Virus record (IMG/VR): IMGVR_UViG_3300005613_000001
Location: 248,001 to 312,000 of that record
DNA: 64,000 nucleotides
Strand: one strand, 5' to 3'
Under the pieces are notes generated by a model. That model ran no database searches, was not told the origin of the DNA, and saw only the letters and a program-made list of their open reading frames with translations. Positions 9,282 through 19,160 of this stretch are shown in pieces (the first letter of the stretch is position 1; the number at the start of each line of letters is the position of its first letter). A program made the translations under genes and the position numbers.

Positions 9282-10211
9282 AGAAAATATGTTCTTTTTG
9301 TATTTTTCCCTATAATTCATATCTTTTCCCCTATGATCCATATTACAGGACACCATCTTCATTGCCTCTGATGTTTTCTTATCTGGCTTCACCAGCCACC
9401 CCCACAACAACTCATATGCAAATTCATAATAAAAAATATCAAGTGCCCTTCCTATATCAATCATAAACGAATTACGCAGAGTGGCATGAAGCTTGTAAAT
9501 AAACCAACTTGCAAGCGCCCCCGCAACAAACAAATATATTGTCTCATCTTGATGGTTACTTTTTACTTTCTCTAAAATTTCATCAATAAAATCTGTTGCT
9601 GTTCTATAAGGAATATTTATATGACTATAATTTTCAAGCCCCGCTCGCTCCCCAAAATCTAAAAAATAAGGAGGGCCTACTATTACTATCCTACGATTCT
9701 TATACTTATTCAAAAACTCAATCAATTGCTTATTGATAGCATAAGATCTAAAAATTCCACCATGAAACAAAATGTCTTTATGCCTAATAAAATCATTCAT
9801 AATTTTATGCAGATGTGCAATACGTTTACTTTTGTATTTCATGTGTTGGCGTTTGGCTCGGCGGTAGTGATGAGCAGTATCATTGATGGCATATAAAATA
9901 TTTTCATCAACTCTTGATGTTATCAACTTCAAAATGTCAAAATATATTTCATCTTTTACAAACCATTTTGTAGTTTGTTTAACCATACCAGCAGCTAACT
10001 CTTTAAGATCCGCCTCAGAATCTATATTAAATTCACGATCAGGAAGTGCTTTATATATAAAATCCCAAACGGCGTGTTGGTGTTTCACGAAATAGAAATA
10101 GTTTTTAGAATCAATCCTATCGGAAAAATAATGCATTTTAGGTAAATGTACCTTAATATTATATTTTTCACTCAGGACAACTGACTTGATCTTAGGCTTG
10201 ACATGTATCAC
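9252..10211 (-). CDS. Putative GT-D-fold glycosyltransferase-like protein
   Basis: RIVIVGP, LFVAGALA, MIDIGRALD resemble GT-D family motifs. Confidence 0.35.
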   Translation of the reverse strand: MIHVKPKIKSVVLSEKYNIKVHLPKMHYFSDRIDSKNYFYFVKHQHAVWDFIYKALPDREFNIDSEADLKELAAGMVKQTTKWFVKDEIYFDILKLITSRVDENILYAINDTAHHYRRAKRQHMKYKSKRIAHLHKIMNDFIRHKDILFHGGIFRSYAINKQLIEFLNKYKNRRIVIVGPPYFLDFGERAGLENYSHINIPYRTATDFIDEILEKVKSNHQDETIYLFVAGALASWFIYKLHATLRNSFMIDIGRALDIFYYEFAYELLWGWLVKPDKKTSEAMKMVSCNMDHRGKDMNYREKYKKNIFSSYDFTYGIY

Positions 10212-10557
10212 AAAAGCCTCCGGCCTTTACTTTGCGATTGCACCTTGAACAATATGCTTGAGATGGAAAACCTCTAGTCACCATACCAATGCCGGTAGGT
10301 CTAGCAAAAGTAGCCACAGCATTCGTGCCTGTTGAAACTTCACTTAATTTAGCTTCATTCTCAGCCAACCACTCCTTAAAGCCTTTTTTCTTCTTCTTGG
10401 GAAGCCCCTCATGTTTGGTGCTAGCAAATTCTTCTGCATCTCCGGGTTTAATAGTTTTAGCAATTTTCTTTACTTTTGGACTAGCACATTTCTCGCCTTT
10501 TTGACAAGCATGTACCATTCCCATAAGTTGTTGTTGGCTTTTACTGACTGCTGGCAT
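10192..10557 (-). CDS. Conserved phage hypothetical protein with C-terminal Zn ribbon
   Basis: MPAVSKSQQQLMGMVHA, EFASTKHEGLP; internal GFKEWLAENE; CxxC...CxxC. Confidence 0.65.
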   Translation of the reverse strand: MPAVSKSQQQLMGMVHACQKGEKCASPKVKKIAKTIKPGDAEEFASTKHEGLPKKKKKGFKEWLAENEAKLSEVSTGTNAVATFARPTGIGMVTRGFPSQAYCSRCNRKVKAGGFCDTCQA

Positions 10558-10566
10558 TATTCATCC

Positions 10567-10974
10567 TTACATCATAGGGGGCGATTGACCTTGAGCCGCT
10601 GGACCCCATCCTTGTTGTAACATCTCATCAAATTCTTCTATTGGAATCGTGAAGCACCCCTCATCTGCGTCCGCTTCTTTAGGATCTTCGTCCTTCTCAT
10701 CCTCGCCTTTAGCGTGAATCACCTGTTGGGCTAAATGAGGGTTATTTGACGACGCTATTTGCAACTCCACATGAGTTGGCTCTTCGTCATCGGGCGTAAA
10801 AGCTTTAATGATGGTGGGCAACATATTATACATCTTGTCCCCAACTCTACCCGAGTAGGGTATATTTTGCCCTATGAATGCTGCATAATCTATATCCAAC
10901 ACGTCTTTGTGAGCCTGAAGATGAGACGGCTCTTTCTCATCTTCTTCTTTTTTAAGCCATTCGCGGAACTTCAT
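10567..10974 (-). CDS. Acidic hypothetical protein with CTS-like N-terminus
   Basis: MKFREWLKKEE; TATATA 5 nt upstream. Confidence 0.65.
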   Translation of the reverse strand: MKFREWLKKEEDEKEPSHLQAHKDVLDIDYAAFIGQNIPYSGRVGDKMYNMLPTIIKAFTPDDEEPTHVELQIASSNNPHLAQQVIHAKGEDEKDEDPKEADADEGCFTIPIEEFDEMLQQGWGPAAQGQSPPMM

Positions 10975-11047
10975 ACAGATATATACCTAATAAAAAACCA
11001 TTTTCACTTCGCTAATATTATATATAAAATAGGAGAAAGGCACAATA

Positions 11048-11503
11048 ATGGCTCAATTCGGCTCTGATTTAAAACATTTCGTCACATTATGGAATGAGAG
11101 CGAAGAGGTTAGAAACCAAATAAAAATACTGCTTGACGGTCAAAACCTCGTCATGTTCTTTAAAAAGGGGGATTCTATTTACGGATGCCCTGAAGAAAGT
11201 CGTATTACATACGCCATTATGAAAAATCCAGATGATGAAACATCAGATAAATGGATAGATGATGCTAACTTCATGGCTATGAATTTAAATAAAGCTCTAA
11301 TGGGTGCCAAAGTGCATAACATCTTCGCAAATAAGGACATAGGAGAAATTAAAGTATTAGACAAATCTAAAGTAGAAGATGCATTAGTAGATTTAGCAGC
11401 AGCCTTAGGAAAAGAACTAAAAGCAGAGAAGTTAGCTCCCAAACCAGACCAACCAAGCAACACCCCGACATCAAAAAGTGACGTGCCTCTGGGAGAAAAA
11501 TAA
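11048..11503 (+). CDS. Hypothetical protein
   Basis: ORF with AGGAG upstream; coupled to next gene by TAATG. Confidence 0.65.
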   Translation: MAQFGSDLKHFVTLWNESEEVRNQIKILLDGQNLVMFFKKGDSIYGCPEESRITYAIMKNPDDETSDKWIDDANFMAMNLNKALMGAKVHNIFANKDIGEIKVLDKSKVEDALVDLAAALGKELKAEKLAPKPDQPSNTPTSKSDVPLGEK

Positions 11504-12177
11504 TGGCTCTACCATTCGTGCCGGATAATCACAAACGCAAATGGCATTGTTTCGTGTGTGGTCTAATGTTCGAAGAATTTGAACCATTCAAACAACACAT
11601 ATTAGAAACACATGACGAAGGCAGAGACTTTGTAGTTTGCCCACTAAAACGGTGTGGCGCTCCTGTGCGAGATATGAAATCACACTTTAAGGTGAAGCAC
11701 CCTCGGGAGAAGCTTCCTAGAGGCGTACAAATGAAGGCTATCCTCTGGCGGGATCGCAAAGGCAAAAAAGGAAAGCTAGTAACCAGGAAACCCAAATTCA
11801 ACGAAGGGTGTGTCATATCCCAAAAAATGAATGGAAAAGAAATCCATTATAGATCGGGGTACGAACGAGAAGTGTATGGATTACTAGAAAGCCTAAACGA
11901 AGTTGTTGAATATGACACTGAGACGGTGGAAATCCCTTATTCTTTTAATGGTCGTCAACATAAATATTTGCCTGATATACAAATCATCTTTGCAAACGGG
12001 ACCGTAGAGTTGTGGGAAATCAAACCCGCCTCGCAAACTAGCGATCCACGTAATTTAGCCAAATGGGATGCAGCTAGATATTATTGTAATGTGCGTGGGT
12101 GGAAATTCAATGTGGTGACAGAGGTTGGCATTGGGAAGCTCAGGAGGGAGATTAAACGACGAAATCTTGCTCAATAA
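11503..12177 (+). CDS. T4 gp4/TnsA-like PD-(D/E)xK nuclease with two N-terminal C2H2 zinc fingers
   Basis: CFVC...F..H...H and CPLKRC...H...H; YRSGYE, IPY.......YLPD, WEIKP, AKWDAA..YC..GWKF.VVTE. Confidence 0.75.
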   Translation: MALPFVPDNHKRKWHCFVCGLMFEEFEPFKQHILETHDEGRDFVVCPLKRCGAPVRDMKSHFKVKHPREKLPRGVQMKAILWRDRKGKKGKLVTRKPKFNEGCVISQKMNGKEIHYRSGYEREVYGLLESLNEVVEYDTETVEIPYSFNGRQHKYLPDIQIIFANGTVELWEIKPASQTSDPRNLAKWDAARYYCNVRGWKFNVVTEVGIGKLRREIKRRNLAQ

Positions 12178-12449
12178 ACATCCCCATTTTTTTCACAAGC
12201 CCCATCTTCATAAGGCCCGGCAATCCTACGATAAAGTTCTAATTTAACTCCCTCTAGAACTCCAATAGCACGATTTAACCATTTATATCGCCAACCAGTG
12301 TGAGGCTTCATTCTTTGATTGATGAGCGTAGTAATGGTGTAATTCATCACACCTTCTATCTCTTTATCTGGTATTTCCAGCAATTTATAAACCAATTCTC
12401 TAATCTCATAATCCACTGTAACTCTTTGCTCTTTTTTAATATACGGCAT
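12171..12449 (-). CDS. Conserved phage hypothetical protein
   Basis: MPYIK, MNYTIT, GVLEGVKLELYRRIAGPYED...NGDVY. Confidence 0.7.
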   Translation of the reverse strand: MPYIKKEQRVTVDYEIRELVYKLLEIPDKEIEGVMNYTITTLINQRMKPHTGWRYKWLNRAIGVLEGVKLELYRRIAGPYEDGACEKNGDVY

Positions 12450-12458
12450 TGCTTATCC

Positions 12459-12650
12459 CTAATCGTAATAATCTAAATCTTCTCTATTGGGGTTTATTGA
12501 AATCAATAACAAAAACATAAACGCAACAACAAAAATGAAAGTCTCATACCAATCCAATTTGTAATCAAGCCAACTTTCAGCTTCTCGCTTGACCAAAAGG
12601 GGCATACAGACTACAAAAATCAAAGCTATTAAGCTCATCAAATATATCAT
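12459..12650 (-). CDS. Small membrane protein
   Basis: Two hydrophobic segments; in operon. Confidence 0.55.
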   Translation of the reverse strand: MIYLMSLIALIFVVCMPLLVKREAESWLDYKLDWYETFIFVVAFMFLLLISINPNREDLDYYD

Positions 12651-13078
12651 ATCGTATCGCCTTTAACGACCACATATGAATCTTCATCTTCGTGATGTGT
12701 AGAAAACTCCACAAAAAACGTATCCGCAAGACCTATAAACCTGTGTCTTAACCCCGGTGGAACATGAAAGGCATCCCCAGGATTTAATATAATCTCACAA
12801 GCATTCTCCATATCATCATCTTCTGAGAAGAGTACATGCATCTTGCCAGAAATCATAAAGAACACTTCATCTTTAATTTTATGATAATGGAAACTACACT
12901 TCTTACCCTTTTTCAAAAACAAACCCTTCCCGCAATATCCTTCATTCCAAATCCAATCCTCATACCCCCAACCTTTAGGCACAAAATTGCGAGTGGCAGG
13001 ATCAACAAAGTGTTTCTTCCCCTCTTCAATTGACTTAACTATTTTATCTCGTTCTTGAATCAATTTCTTATTATCCAT
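12647..13078 (-). CDS. Cupin-domain protein (sugar isomerase-like)
   Basis: PKGWGYE, CSFHYHKIKDEVF, GDAFHVPPGLRHRF, EFSTHH. Confidence 0.8.
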   Translation of the reverse strand: MDNKKLIQERDKIVKSIEEGKKHFVDPATRNFVPKGWGYEDWIWNEGYCGKGLFLKKGKKCSFHYHKIKDEVFFMISGKMHVLFSEDDDMENACEIILNPGDAFHVPPGLRHRFIGLADTFFVEFSTHHEDEDSYVVVKGDTI

Positions 13079-13697
13079 ATTTCTTCTCCACATAGGGAAT
13101 TACAATGTCATCTACTTTTTTGTAAAGATCACTTATTGACCCAGAGTTAATTATAAAAAGATCAAATAGGTCTGCTGGTTTAGGAGTGGGCTCTTCAAAT
13201 GCATCAAGAGCAGCACCCCAAGCATGGTGTATCTCTCCCTCTACTGCGTATTTTGCACACCAATCAAGATAAGACTTCAGTTGTGCTTCAGATGGATGGT
13301 CTATATCATTCTCATGTCCTGGCCTCCAAAGAAGAATAGAAATCCCACCCCTATCCTTCACTGCCTGAGCTTCATTTAAATATCTTACATCTGATATAAC
13401 TAAAGGTGTCTCGCCCCTAAAAACCCGATCTACCCAAACAGATGGTTTAATCTGGCGGAGTCCATCACCAATCTGCTGTAAAGCAAAACGAACTGTGTTA
13501 ATGTAACCTACGGGAATTTCATCCATTCTTTTCCATTGCTCAACAAATTCCCAAGTCTCCCCAAACGCCTCCATAAATATATCTTTGACCCCATTGCCAA
13601 AGGCTTCCCTCTTCCAACCTGGGAGCTTGGAACCTAAATAATCGGATAGAACATCCTTACCACTAGCAATTTGCCCTGCTACAGATACTATTTCCAT
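13071..13697 (-). CDS. Deoxynucleoside monophosphate kinase (T4 gp1-like)
   Basis: AGQIASGKD, LQQIGDGLR, VISDVRYLNE, GGISILLWR, HPSE. Confidence 0.85.
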   Translation of the reverse strand: MEIVSVAGQIASGKDVLSDYLGSKLPGWKREAFGNGVKDIFMEAFGETWEFVEQWKRMDEIPVGYINTVRFALQQIGDGLRQIKPSVWVDRVFRGETPLVISDVRYLNEAQAVKDRGGISILLWRPGHENDIDHPSEAQLKSYLDWCAKYAVEGEIHHAWGAALDAFEEPTPKPADLFDLFIINSGSISDLYKKVDDIVIPYVEKKYG

Positions 13698-13748
13698 TTT
13701 ATTTTCTCCACAATGCTTTTATATTACTAAATTAAGAAAAAGTCAACA

Positions 13749-14033
13749 ATGAAAAGAAAAAAGAAAAAAATCAAAGAAATCTGCGGGAATTGCAGACTTT
13801 ACAATCACGAAGAGGGAGAATGTAAAGTTACCGTGCTCGTAGGCACAGAAAAATTTAATATGCCCGTATTCCCCAAGGACAAGTGCCACATGGAAGAATT
13901 GGGCATAGAAATTAAAGAAATCCGGTGGTGGGCGGAAGATCCCGAAACAGGCGAAAAAACAGAAGGTGATGGAATTGTAAAAATGGAATACCCCACCGAC
14001 CTTGGCCTTTGGGAAGGATTTTTAGAGGAATGA
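13749..14033 (+). CDS. Hypothetical protein
   Basis: ORF, CGNC motif. Confidence 0.55.
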   Translation: MKRKKKKIKEICGNCRLYNHEEGECKVTVLVGTEKFNMPVFPKDKCHMEELGIEIKEIRWWAEDPETGEKTEGDGIVKMEYPTDLGLWEGFLEE

Positions 14034-14659
14034 ATGTCAACGTAGATATTGGTGGATTAGAAGGGCTTTGTGCTTGTTTCAACGACCCATGTTGGAATGA
14101 CTTCTTCGCTGATTGCTGTCAATGCTGCCCTTCATCATCATCATCATCATCTCTACTTGGATTATCAATAGCTAAAATGCAAATGGTTTGGCTTGATTGG
14201 GAAGTATTCGGACCCGGAGAAGATCAAATACAAAAGAACCTCCACAAGCACATCGTTGAAAACACGTCATACACCCTAAGCTTTGAAGCTCGATGCAATA
14301 GCCCCGCTCAACTTCATATACATCTCGGGGACAAATTAGGACTAACAATTAACGATTATCAATCTGAGCCAATAGAATATGAGATAGCCCGACTCCCTGA
14401 CCATTGGACTCCTTATCAATTTGAATTCACAACAAGCACTCTTCCCACTGCTCGTAACTTGATTTTCCGAGCAAGCCTAGAATATACAGACAGCCTATAT
14501 GTGAAGAATGTGGTGGTAACCAGAGAATCTAATGCAGTAGAATTGCCCTTCTGGGAATTTGGGGCTGCTCAAGAAAAAGAACAAATAAAAAGGGGCGTAA
14601 TAAGTAAAATTAAAAGCCTTGTATCTAAAATCAAATTCATTAAGGGAATATTGTTTTAG
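14030..14659 (+). CDS. Hypothetical protein, Cys-rich/poly-Ser N-terminus and possible CBM4/9-like domain
   Basis: CCQCC, (TCA)n Ser run, YTLSFEAR...W..Y.FEFTT. Confidence 0.5.
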   Translation: MNVNVDIGGLEGLCACFNDPCWNDFFADCCQCCPSSSSSSSLLGLSIAKMQMVWLDWEVFGPGEDQIQKNLHKHIVENTSYTLSFEARCNSPAQLHIHLGDKLGLTINDYQSEPIEYEIARLPDHWTPYQFEFTTSTLPTARNLIFRASLEYTDSLYVKNVVVTRESNAVELPFWEFGAAQEKEQIKRGVISKIKSLVSKIKFIKGILF

Positions 14660-14883
14660 TAAGGCTGCTGCATTTGTTGAGCCGTTTGCTGTGCGTGTCC
14701 AGTATTCTGGGGATCATAAATTAATGTGGTCGCATAAACCCCATCTCTTTCCTCGGTGCGACTCTCAATCCCAGGAGGCAACTTATTGGTGCCTAACTTC
14801 TGAGCTAATTGCTGAACAGCCTTCGCATGAGCCGACCGTGCATTCGTGTCAATAGCTCTGGAAACTACACTCCTTGAACCCAA
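14656..14883 (-). CDS. Hypothetical protein, possibly the frameshifted 3' part of 14865-15080
   Basis: TTG start with no RBS, in the -1 frame at a TTTT run. Confidence 0.35.
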   Translation of the reverse strand: MGSRSVVSRAIDTNARSAHAKAVQQLAQKLGTNKLPPGIESRTEERDGVYATTLIYDPQNTGHAQQTAQQMQQPY

Positions 14884-15080
14884 AAGTCTCGGTCTTGGGC
14901 TGATATTGGCGGATTTTGAGCCGGGCCTTGAGGTTGTTCGCCTCCCATGAACTTGCCTAAACCCATACCTGCGCCAACTAATGCACCACCTAAAGCGGCT
15001 TTTCGTCCAAGTTTACCCCAATCAACTTCAGCGTAATATTCCGGCTGATTAACTTCTAGCCATTCTTTAAATGTTTGCAT
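14865..15080 (-). CDS. Hypothetical protein with CTS-like N-terminus and hydrophobic segment
   Basis: MQTFKEWLE; TATATA 6 nt upstream. Confidence 0.55.
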   Translation of the reverse strand: MQTFKEWLEVNQPEYYAEVDWGKLGRKAALGGALVGAGMGLGKFMGGEQPQGPAQNPPISAQDRDFWVQGV

Positions 15081-15098
15081 AATAAATATATAAACATT

Positions 15099-17111
15099 CT
15101 ACACCATTTTCTTAGCCGCCTCGCAAATTTGATTAATAGCCTCATCCTTCATCTTCAATGCATCCTTCACCTTCCCCGAATTAGATGCTACATCAAGTGG
15201 TGTGCGGATTCCAGAAGCCCAAAGCCTCTCAGCCCTAACCTTGCCAATATTGGGAATTCCACACAAATCAATCAATTCCGCCCTAACTCCATATTTAATT
15301 CTCATATTGAGGCGGGACAGGTATTGTCTCTGTTCCCACCTTGCACTCATGCTATCAATAGCCTTTAACACTTCAGCAAGTCGTGGAAAATCAAACTGTA
15401 GTCCTCTCATGAGCCCAAGGAAGGCTGTTGGGTTCCGGCCTCGCAGTAATTCATAGTAAGCATAACTAGCCTTAATAGCAGGCTCATACATATTTGGCAT
15501 TACGCGATTAGTGCGAGCAAGATAGGTACTCATGCTTTCTCGTTCTAATTTACTCACAATACCAAACTTATGCGTGTCTATATTGCCAAGGGCCAAAGAC
15601 AGATAGTAGTCATCATCTTCATGCCCACTTTGAAACAATAAGTTGAAATTCTTCCTTAGATCAGATACATCAAAAGGAGAATAGTAAAACATGCTGGCTA
15701 CTTTACCAACAGAAGTAGCTCTAAGACCAAAACCATCCTCAATTATAGCACCACACTTTTCCAACAATGCAAGAGTGCCCTCTAAAATATCCTCTTCTAA
15801 ATCTTGAGCTTGCCAGTTTGCCAAGCTTCGCTCATACCAATCATAAATATCTTCAACGGTTTTGACATGCCCGTGATGAATCTCACTAACCAGATGGAAT
15901 GCCAATACTTTATAATGACCACCAACATTCTCCAACAGTTGAGATTTAATCAATTGCGGTTTTTTAAGTCGGTCCTTATAGTGATCGTAATTGCTAGAAG
16001 GGAGTAGAATATAAGCGTCCCCACTAGGATCATAGGCAGGACGACCAGCGCGGCCAACCATCTGCCAAATATCAAAATTATCAACCTCGCTAAGCCCACG
16101 ATGCACCCCCGTAACAACAACTCGTCTTGCTGGTAAGTTCAACCCCCAAGCCAATGTACTCGTAGCTATAATTACCCTGAATTTAGGATCAGTACGAAAC
16201 TTGTTTTCTAATGCAATCCTCTTATTTTTTTCAAGATTAGCATTATGGAATTCACAATCAATACTAGAACCCTGTAAAAGCCGTTTCAGCAACTCCCCTG
16301 TGCGCTTAGTGTGAACAAACAAAAGGAATTTGTCATCAGGATACCGCTCAACCAAAGATAAAGCATGCTTGGCTTTTTCTAATTCCTTCTCATCATAGGT
16401 AGAGCCCCCATCCCAACACTTCTCATAGTAAATCATTAAAGGACAAGGACGATATGTAGATTCTAATAAATAGGTCTTCTTATCAGTTAAAGTCCCTGAT
16501 AACCAATCTCCCATTTCTACTACATTTGGCATAGTCGCAGATAGAAAAACAATCCTTGCTGTGGGGTTGATCTTCGTAAATTTCATTAATCCCACTTCTA
16601 AATGGTCACCCCGATTGGGAACCGTAAGCAAGTGCGACTCATCCACAACCAACACCCCAACATCCTTGAGAAACTGACTTTTCTCAGACCTCATATTCCG
16701 ACTACGGGAGTTCAACATCTCCGAAGTCATAATGATTAAATCAGCCGCCTCTAATTCTTCTTTTCTATCTGCGGTAAGTTGATAATCCCCAGTACAAATC
16801 GATAAATTTAAATCCGAAAAATGGTGTGATTCATCGGTCCAATCATCTATCTTTTCCTGTGCCAACGCCCTTAATGGGCTTAAATACATCGCCTTACGCC
16901 CATTCTCTCTAATCTCATGTGATATTGCCAACTCCGCACATACTGTCTTACCAGCACTTGTTGCAGCAGCAATAACTTGGTTAGCATCCTCATTGAAGAA
17001 TTCAAACACCCTGCTCTGGACAGGGTTAAATTCTTCAAATGGAAAGTTGGCATACGGAAATGAATTGGATTTCACCAGTTCATTCTGATCTTCAACTTTT
17101 ACTACTGCCAT
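15099..17111 (-). CDS. Ski2/Hel308-like SF2 helicase with C-terminal HhH
   Basis: FNPVQ, AATSAGKT, DESH, LSAT, HNA, ATSTLAWGLNLPA, QMVGRAGRP, IPNIGKVRA. Confidence 0.9.
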   Translation of the reverse strand: MAVVKVEDQNELVKSNSFPYANFPFEEFNPVQSRVFEFFNEDANQVIAAATSAGKTVCAELAISHEIRENGRKAMYLSPLRALAQEKIDDWTDESHHFSDLNLSICTGDYQLTADRKEELEAADLIIMTSEMLNSRSRNMRSEKSQFLKDVGVLVVDESHLLTVPNRGDHLEVGLMKFTKINPTARIVFLSATMPNVVEMGDWLSGTLTDKKTYLLESTYRPCPLMIYYEKCWDGGSTYDEKELEKAKHALSLVERYPDDKFLLFVHTKRTGELLKRLLQGSSIDCEFHNANLEKNKRIALENKFRTDPKFRVIIATSTLAWGLNLPARRVVVTGVHRGLSEVDNFDIWQMVGRAGRPAYDPSGDAYILLPSSNYDHYKDRLKKPQLIKSQLLENVGGHYKVLAFHLVSEIHHGHVKTVEDIYDWYERSLANWQAQDLEEDILEGTLALLEKCGAIIEDGFGLRATSVGKVASMFYYSPFDVSDLRKNFNLLFQSGHEDDDYYLSLALGNIDTHKFGIVSKLERESMSTYLARTNRVMPNMYEPAIKASYAYYELLRGRNPTAFLGLMRGLQFDFPRLAEVLKAIDSMSARWEQRQYLSRLNMRIKYGVRAELIDLCGIPNIGKVRAERLWASGIRTPLDVASNSGKVKDALKMKDEAINQICEAAKKMV

Positions 17112-17668
17112 AATTTATTAAATCCTATTCTCACTAAAGAGATTACATCAGCAGCATCTTCCATTGCCGTGTGTGCTACCTCTTTGTCAATGCCCGCCCG
17201 CTTCAAACACTCATTAGAACCAGGAAGACACTCATCATCGGGGCGGACGAAAAACATGGCGGGATCAACAACTCTATGGTGAATATTCACATGGTTATTA
17301 AAATCAGGAAGCCTATCCAAGAATTTGGCGTCAAAACGAGCAAAATTCTTCCCAGCGGCGGTGATCTTCTCGCCCAACTCAAAACCATTAGATTCTAAAA
17401 ACTTGGAAAATTCATACCCAACATTTTTAGGCTCAAGGAAAACATGAGAATCATCACCGTTTGCTAATTTCGTGAAAATCTTGGGATGCATTGACAACGC
17501 ATAGGGTTGCCCCACATACACTTCATGCATCACGTAACAGTGGAAATAAGGGAGGCGTTCAATGGATCTCTGGTCTGCGGTGTCATCAATAATCGCCGCA
17601 AATTCAAGAACCTGACAGTAGTTTTCATCTAAACCAGTCGTCTCTAAATCAATGCTCACGTATTTCAT
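17102..17668 (-). CDS. DEDDh 3'-5' exonuclease
   Basis: SIDLETTG, GKNFARFD, HTAMEDA. Confidence 0.85.
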   Translation of the reverse strand: MKYVSIDLETTGLDENYCQVLEFAAIIDDTADQRSIERLPYFHCYVMHEVYVGQPYALSMHPKIFTKLANGDDSHVFLEPKNVGYEFSKFLESNGFELGEKITAAGKNFARFDAKFLDRLPDFNNHVNIHHRVVDPAMFFVRPDDECLPGSNECLKRAGIDKEVAHTAMEDAADVISLVRIGFNKLWQ

Positions 17669-17685
17669 TTCAATTCTCTCTTTCT

Positions 17686-17727
17686 AAAAAAATAGCCCCG
17701 ACCCCGTGTGCGTTGCGGGGTCAGGGC
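17686..17727 (-). terminator. Intrinsic terminator-like hairpin
   Basis: GCCCTGACCCCG...CGGGGTCGGGGC followed by a T run. Confidence 0.55.
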
Positions 17728-17738
17728 ACTCTACCACT

Positions 17739-18017
17739 TTACCGTTCCGACTTCTCTTTACGTTCTCTTTCTTTAATAGAGCGTTTTTTTGCTTCCTTGT
17801 CAACACAATCTGTAATTAAATCTAACATATCAAAGAATTCATTCCCCGATTTGGCTGATGATAGCCACTTATCAAGCTCTGAGCTTCTAGCTAGCAACTC
17901 CGTCGCTTCGGACATATCACCGCTATATCGCTCAGTCAAACGGGATTCAAGGAAAGTTAAATTATCATCAGATAGTCTTCCAACGTACTCTTTTACAATA
18001 AATTCGGGCTTTTTCAT
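17739..18017 (-). CDS. Hypothetical protein
   Basis: ORF, GAGG upstream. Confidence 0.6.
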   Translation of the reverse strand: MKKPEFIVKEYVGRLSDDNLTFLESRLTERYSGDMSEATELLARSSELDKWLSSAKSGNEFFDMLDLITDCVDKEAKKRSIKERERKEKSER

Positions 18018-18028
18018 ATTAAAACCTC

Positions 18029-18358
18029 ATGGAAAAAATTATAAACAAACAAAAACTTGAAGAATTGTTGACAGCCCACTGGGCTGACATCCTAGACGTT
18101 AGAAAGTTAATAGCACACGTCATGCTTAACGTCCGAGATGAACAACTAAAAACATTCGTAGAAGATACCCTCCCAGATAAAGGTGTGGAAATTACGATTA
18201 CAAGATTCGCCATTCAGGATGATGGCTTTCTTCTGTGGGTTGATTTCACCATTCCCAAAGAGAATGGCTTTGCCATTGGCACTTGTGAAACACATCTATC
18301 AAACTCCGGTGTGCTTACTACCACTGAAATAGTTGGTCAATTACTTAAACGACGTTGA
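18029..18358 (+). CDS. Hypothetical protein
   Basis: ORF divergent from 17739-18017. Confidence 0.6.
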   Translation: MEKIINKQKLEELLTAHWADILDVRKLIAHVMLNVRDEQLKTFVEDTLPDKGVEITITRFAIQDDGFLLWVDFTIPKENGFAIGTCETHLSNSGVLTTTEIVGQLLKRR

Positions 18359-18638
18359 CCATTTTAAATACGTCTCCCTCTTCGCTTTCATTCTCGTCAA
18401 GGATTATACACTTGTTCCCAATAAATTTCAATCCTAAATTATAAGAATCTAATGAAACTGATCGATCTTCTTGGGTGGTCGTCACCGAACAATAATCCTC
18501 TTTTATATACGTGCCGTGTTTTCCCTCCTGCAACATCCCTATCTCTAATGATATTCCATCGGGAAGCCGAATGTCTAATGAACCGTGATTCCTTAAATAT
18601 TCGATAACTAGATACTGAATCTTATCCTTCCGTGTCAT
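18345..18638 (-). CDS. Hypothetical protein
   Basis: ORF with GGAGG upstream. Confidence 0.6.
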   Translation of the reverse strand: MTRKDKIQYLVIEYLRNHGSLDIRLPDGISLEIGMLQEGKHGTYIKEDYCSVTTTQEDRSVSLDSYNLGLKFIGNKCIILDENESEEGDVFKMVNVV

Positions 18639-18689
18639 CTTGCCCTCCTCCCTTACTCTAATATTTACGAGTAATAAAGGGGGTTTCGA

Positions 18690-19136
18690 TTAATAAAAGT
18701 TAATTTTATCGGGAGTTACGTAACTGTATTGGAAACCTTCATAGCTGCAATCTTCGCCTTTATTTTGATATGGGGCGGCGATTGCTTTCCCCTTTTTATC
18801 CCTAATCAGGGTCCAACAGTATATTTTCCTCCCGTCCTTCAGCACTTCCACAAGGGATAGTTTCTGTTCACCGAGGAACAACTTGGCTAATTTGCAAATT
18901 AATACAAATGGCAAAAACGGGACTTCCTTACCCAACACCTGAAATGTTTCCAAATAATGGTCGCCATAATCATGCTTATTGAAATGCAAAATTACATCAT
19001 AACCATCAACCGTCGCCTCAGTGAATTTTAAGAAGTTGATTATTTCCTCATCTTGAGGCGACACGGTTGGGAAGTTATATGGAACTAACTGTTCCGCCAT
19101 CCTCTTAATTCGTCCAACGGTATCGTAGATATTCAT
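18690..19136 (-). CDS. Hypothetical protein
   Basis: ORF; TATATA 5 nt upstream. Confidence 0.6.
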   Translation of the reverse strand: MNIYDTVGRIKRMAEQLVPYNFPTVSPQDEEIINFLKFTEATVDGYDVILHFNKHDYGDHYLETFQVLGKEVPFLPFVLICKLAKLFLGEQKLSLVEVLKDGRKIYCWTLIRDKKGKAIAAPYQNKGEDCSYEGFQYSYVTPDKINFY

Positions 19137-19160
19137 TATAATATATATGAATAAGTAGCA

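Noticed and set aside
14131-14152. (TCA)n microsatellite
   Set aside because: Simply encodes a poly-Ser linker; no evidence of phase variation
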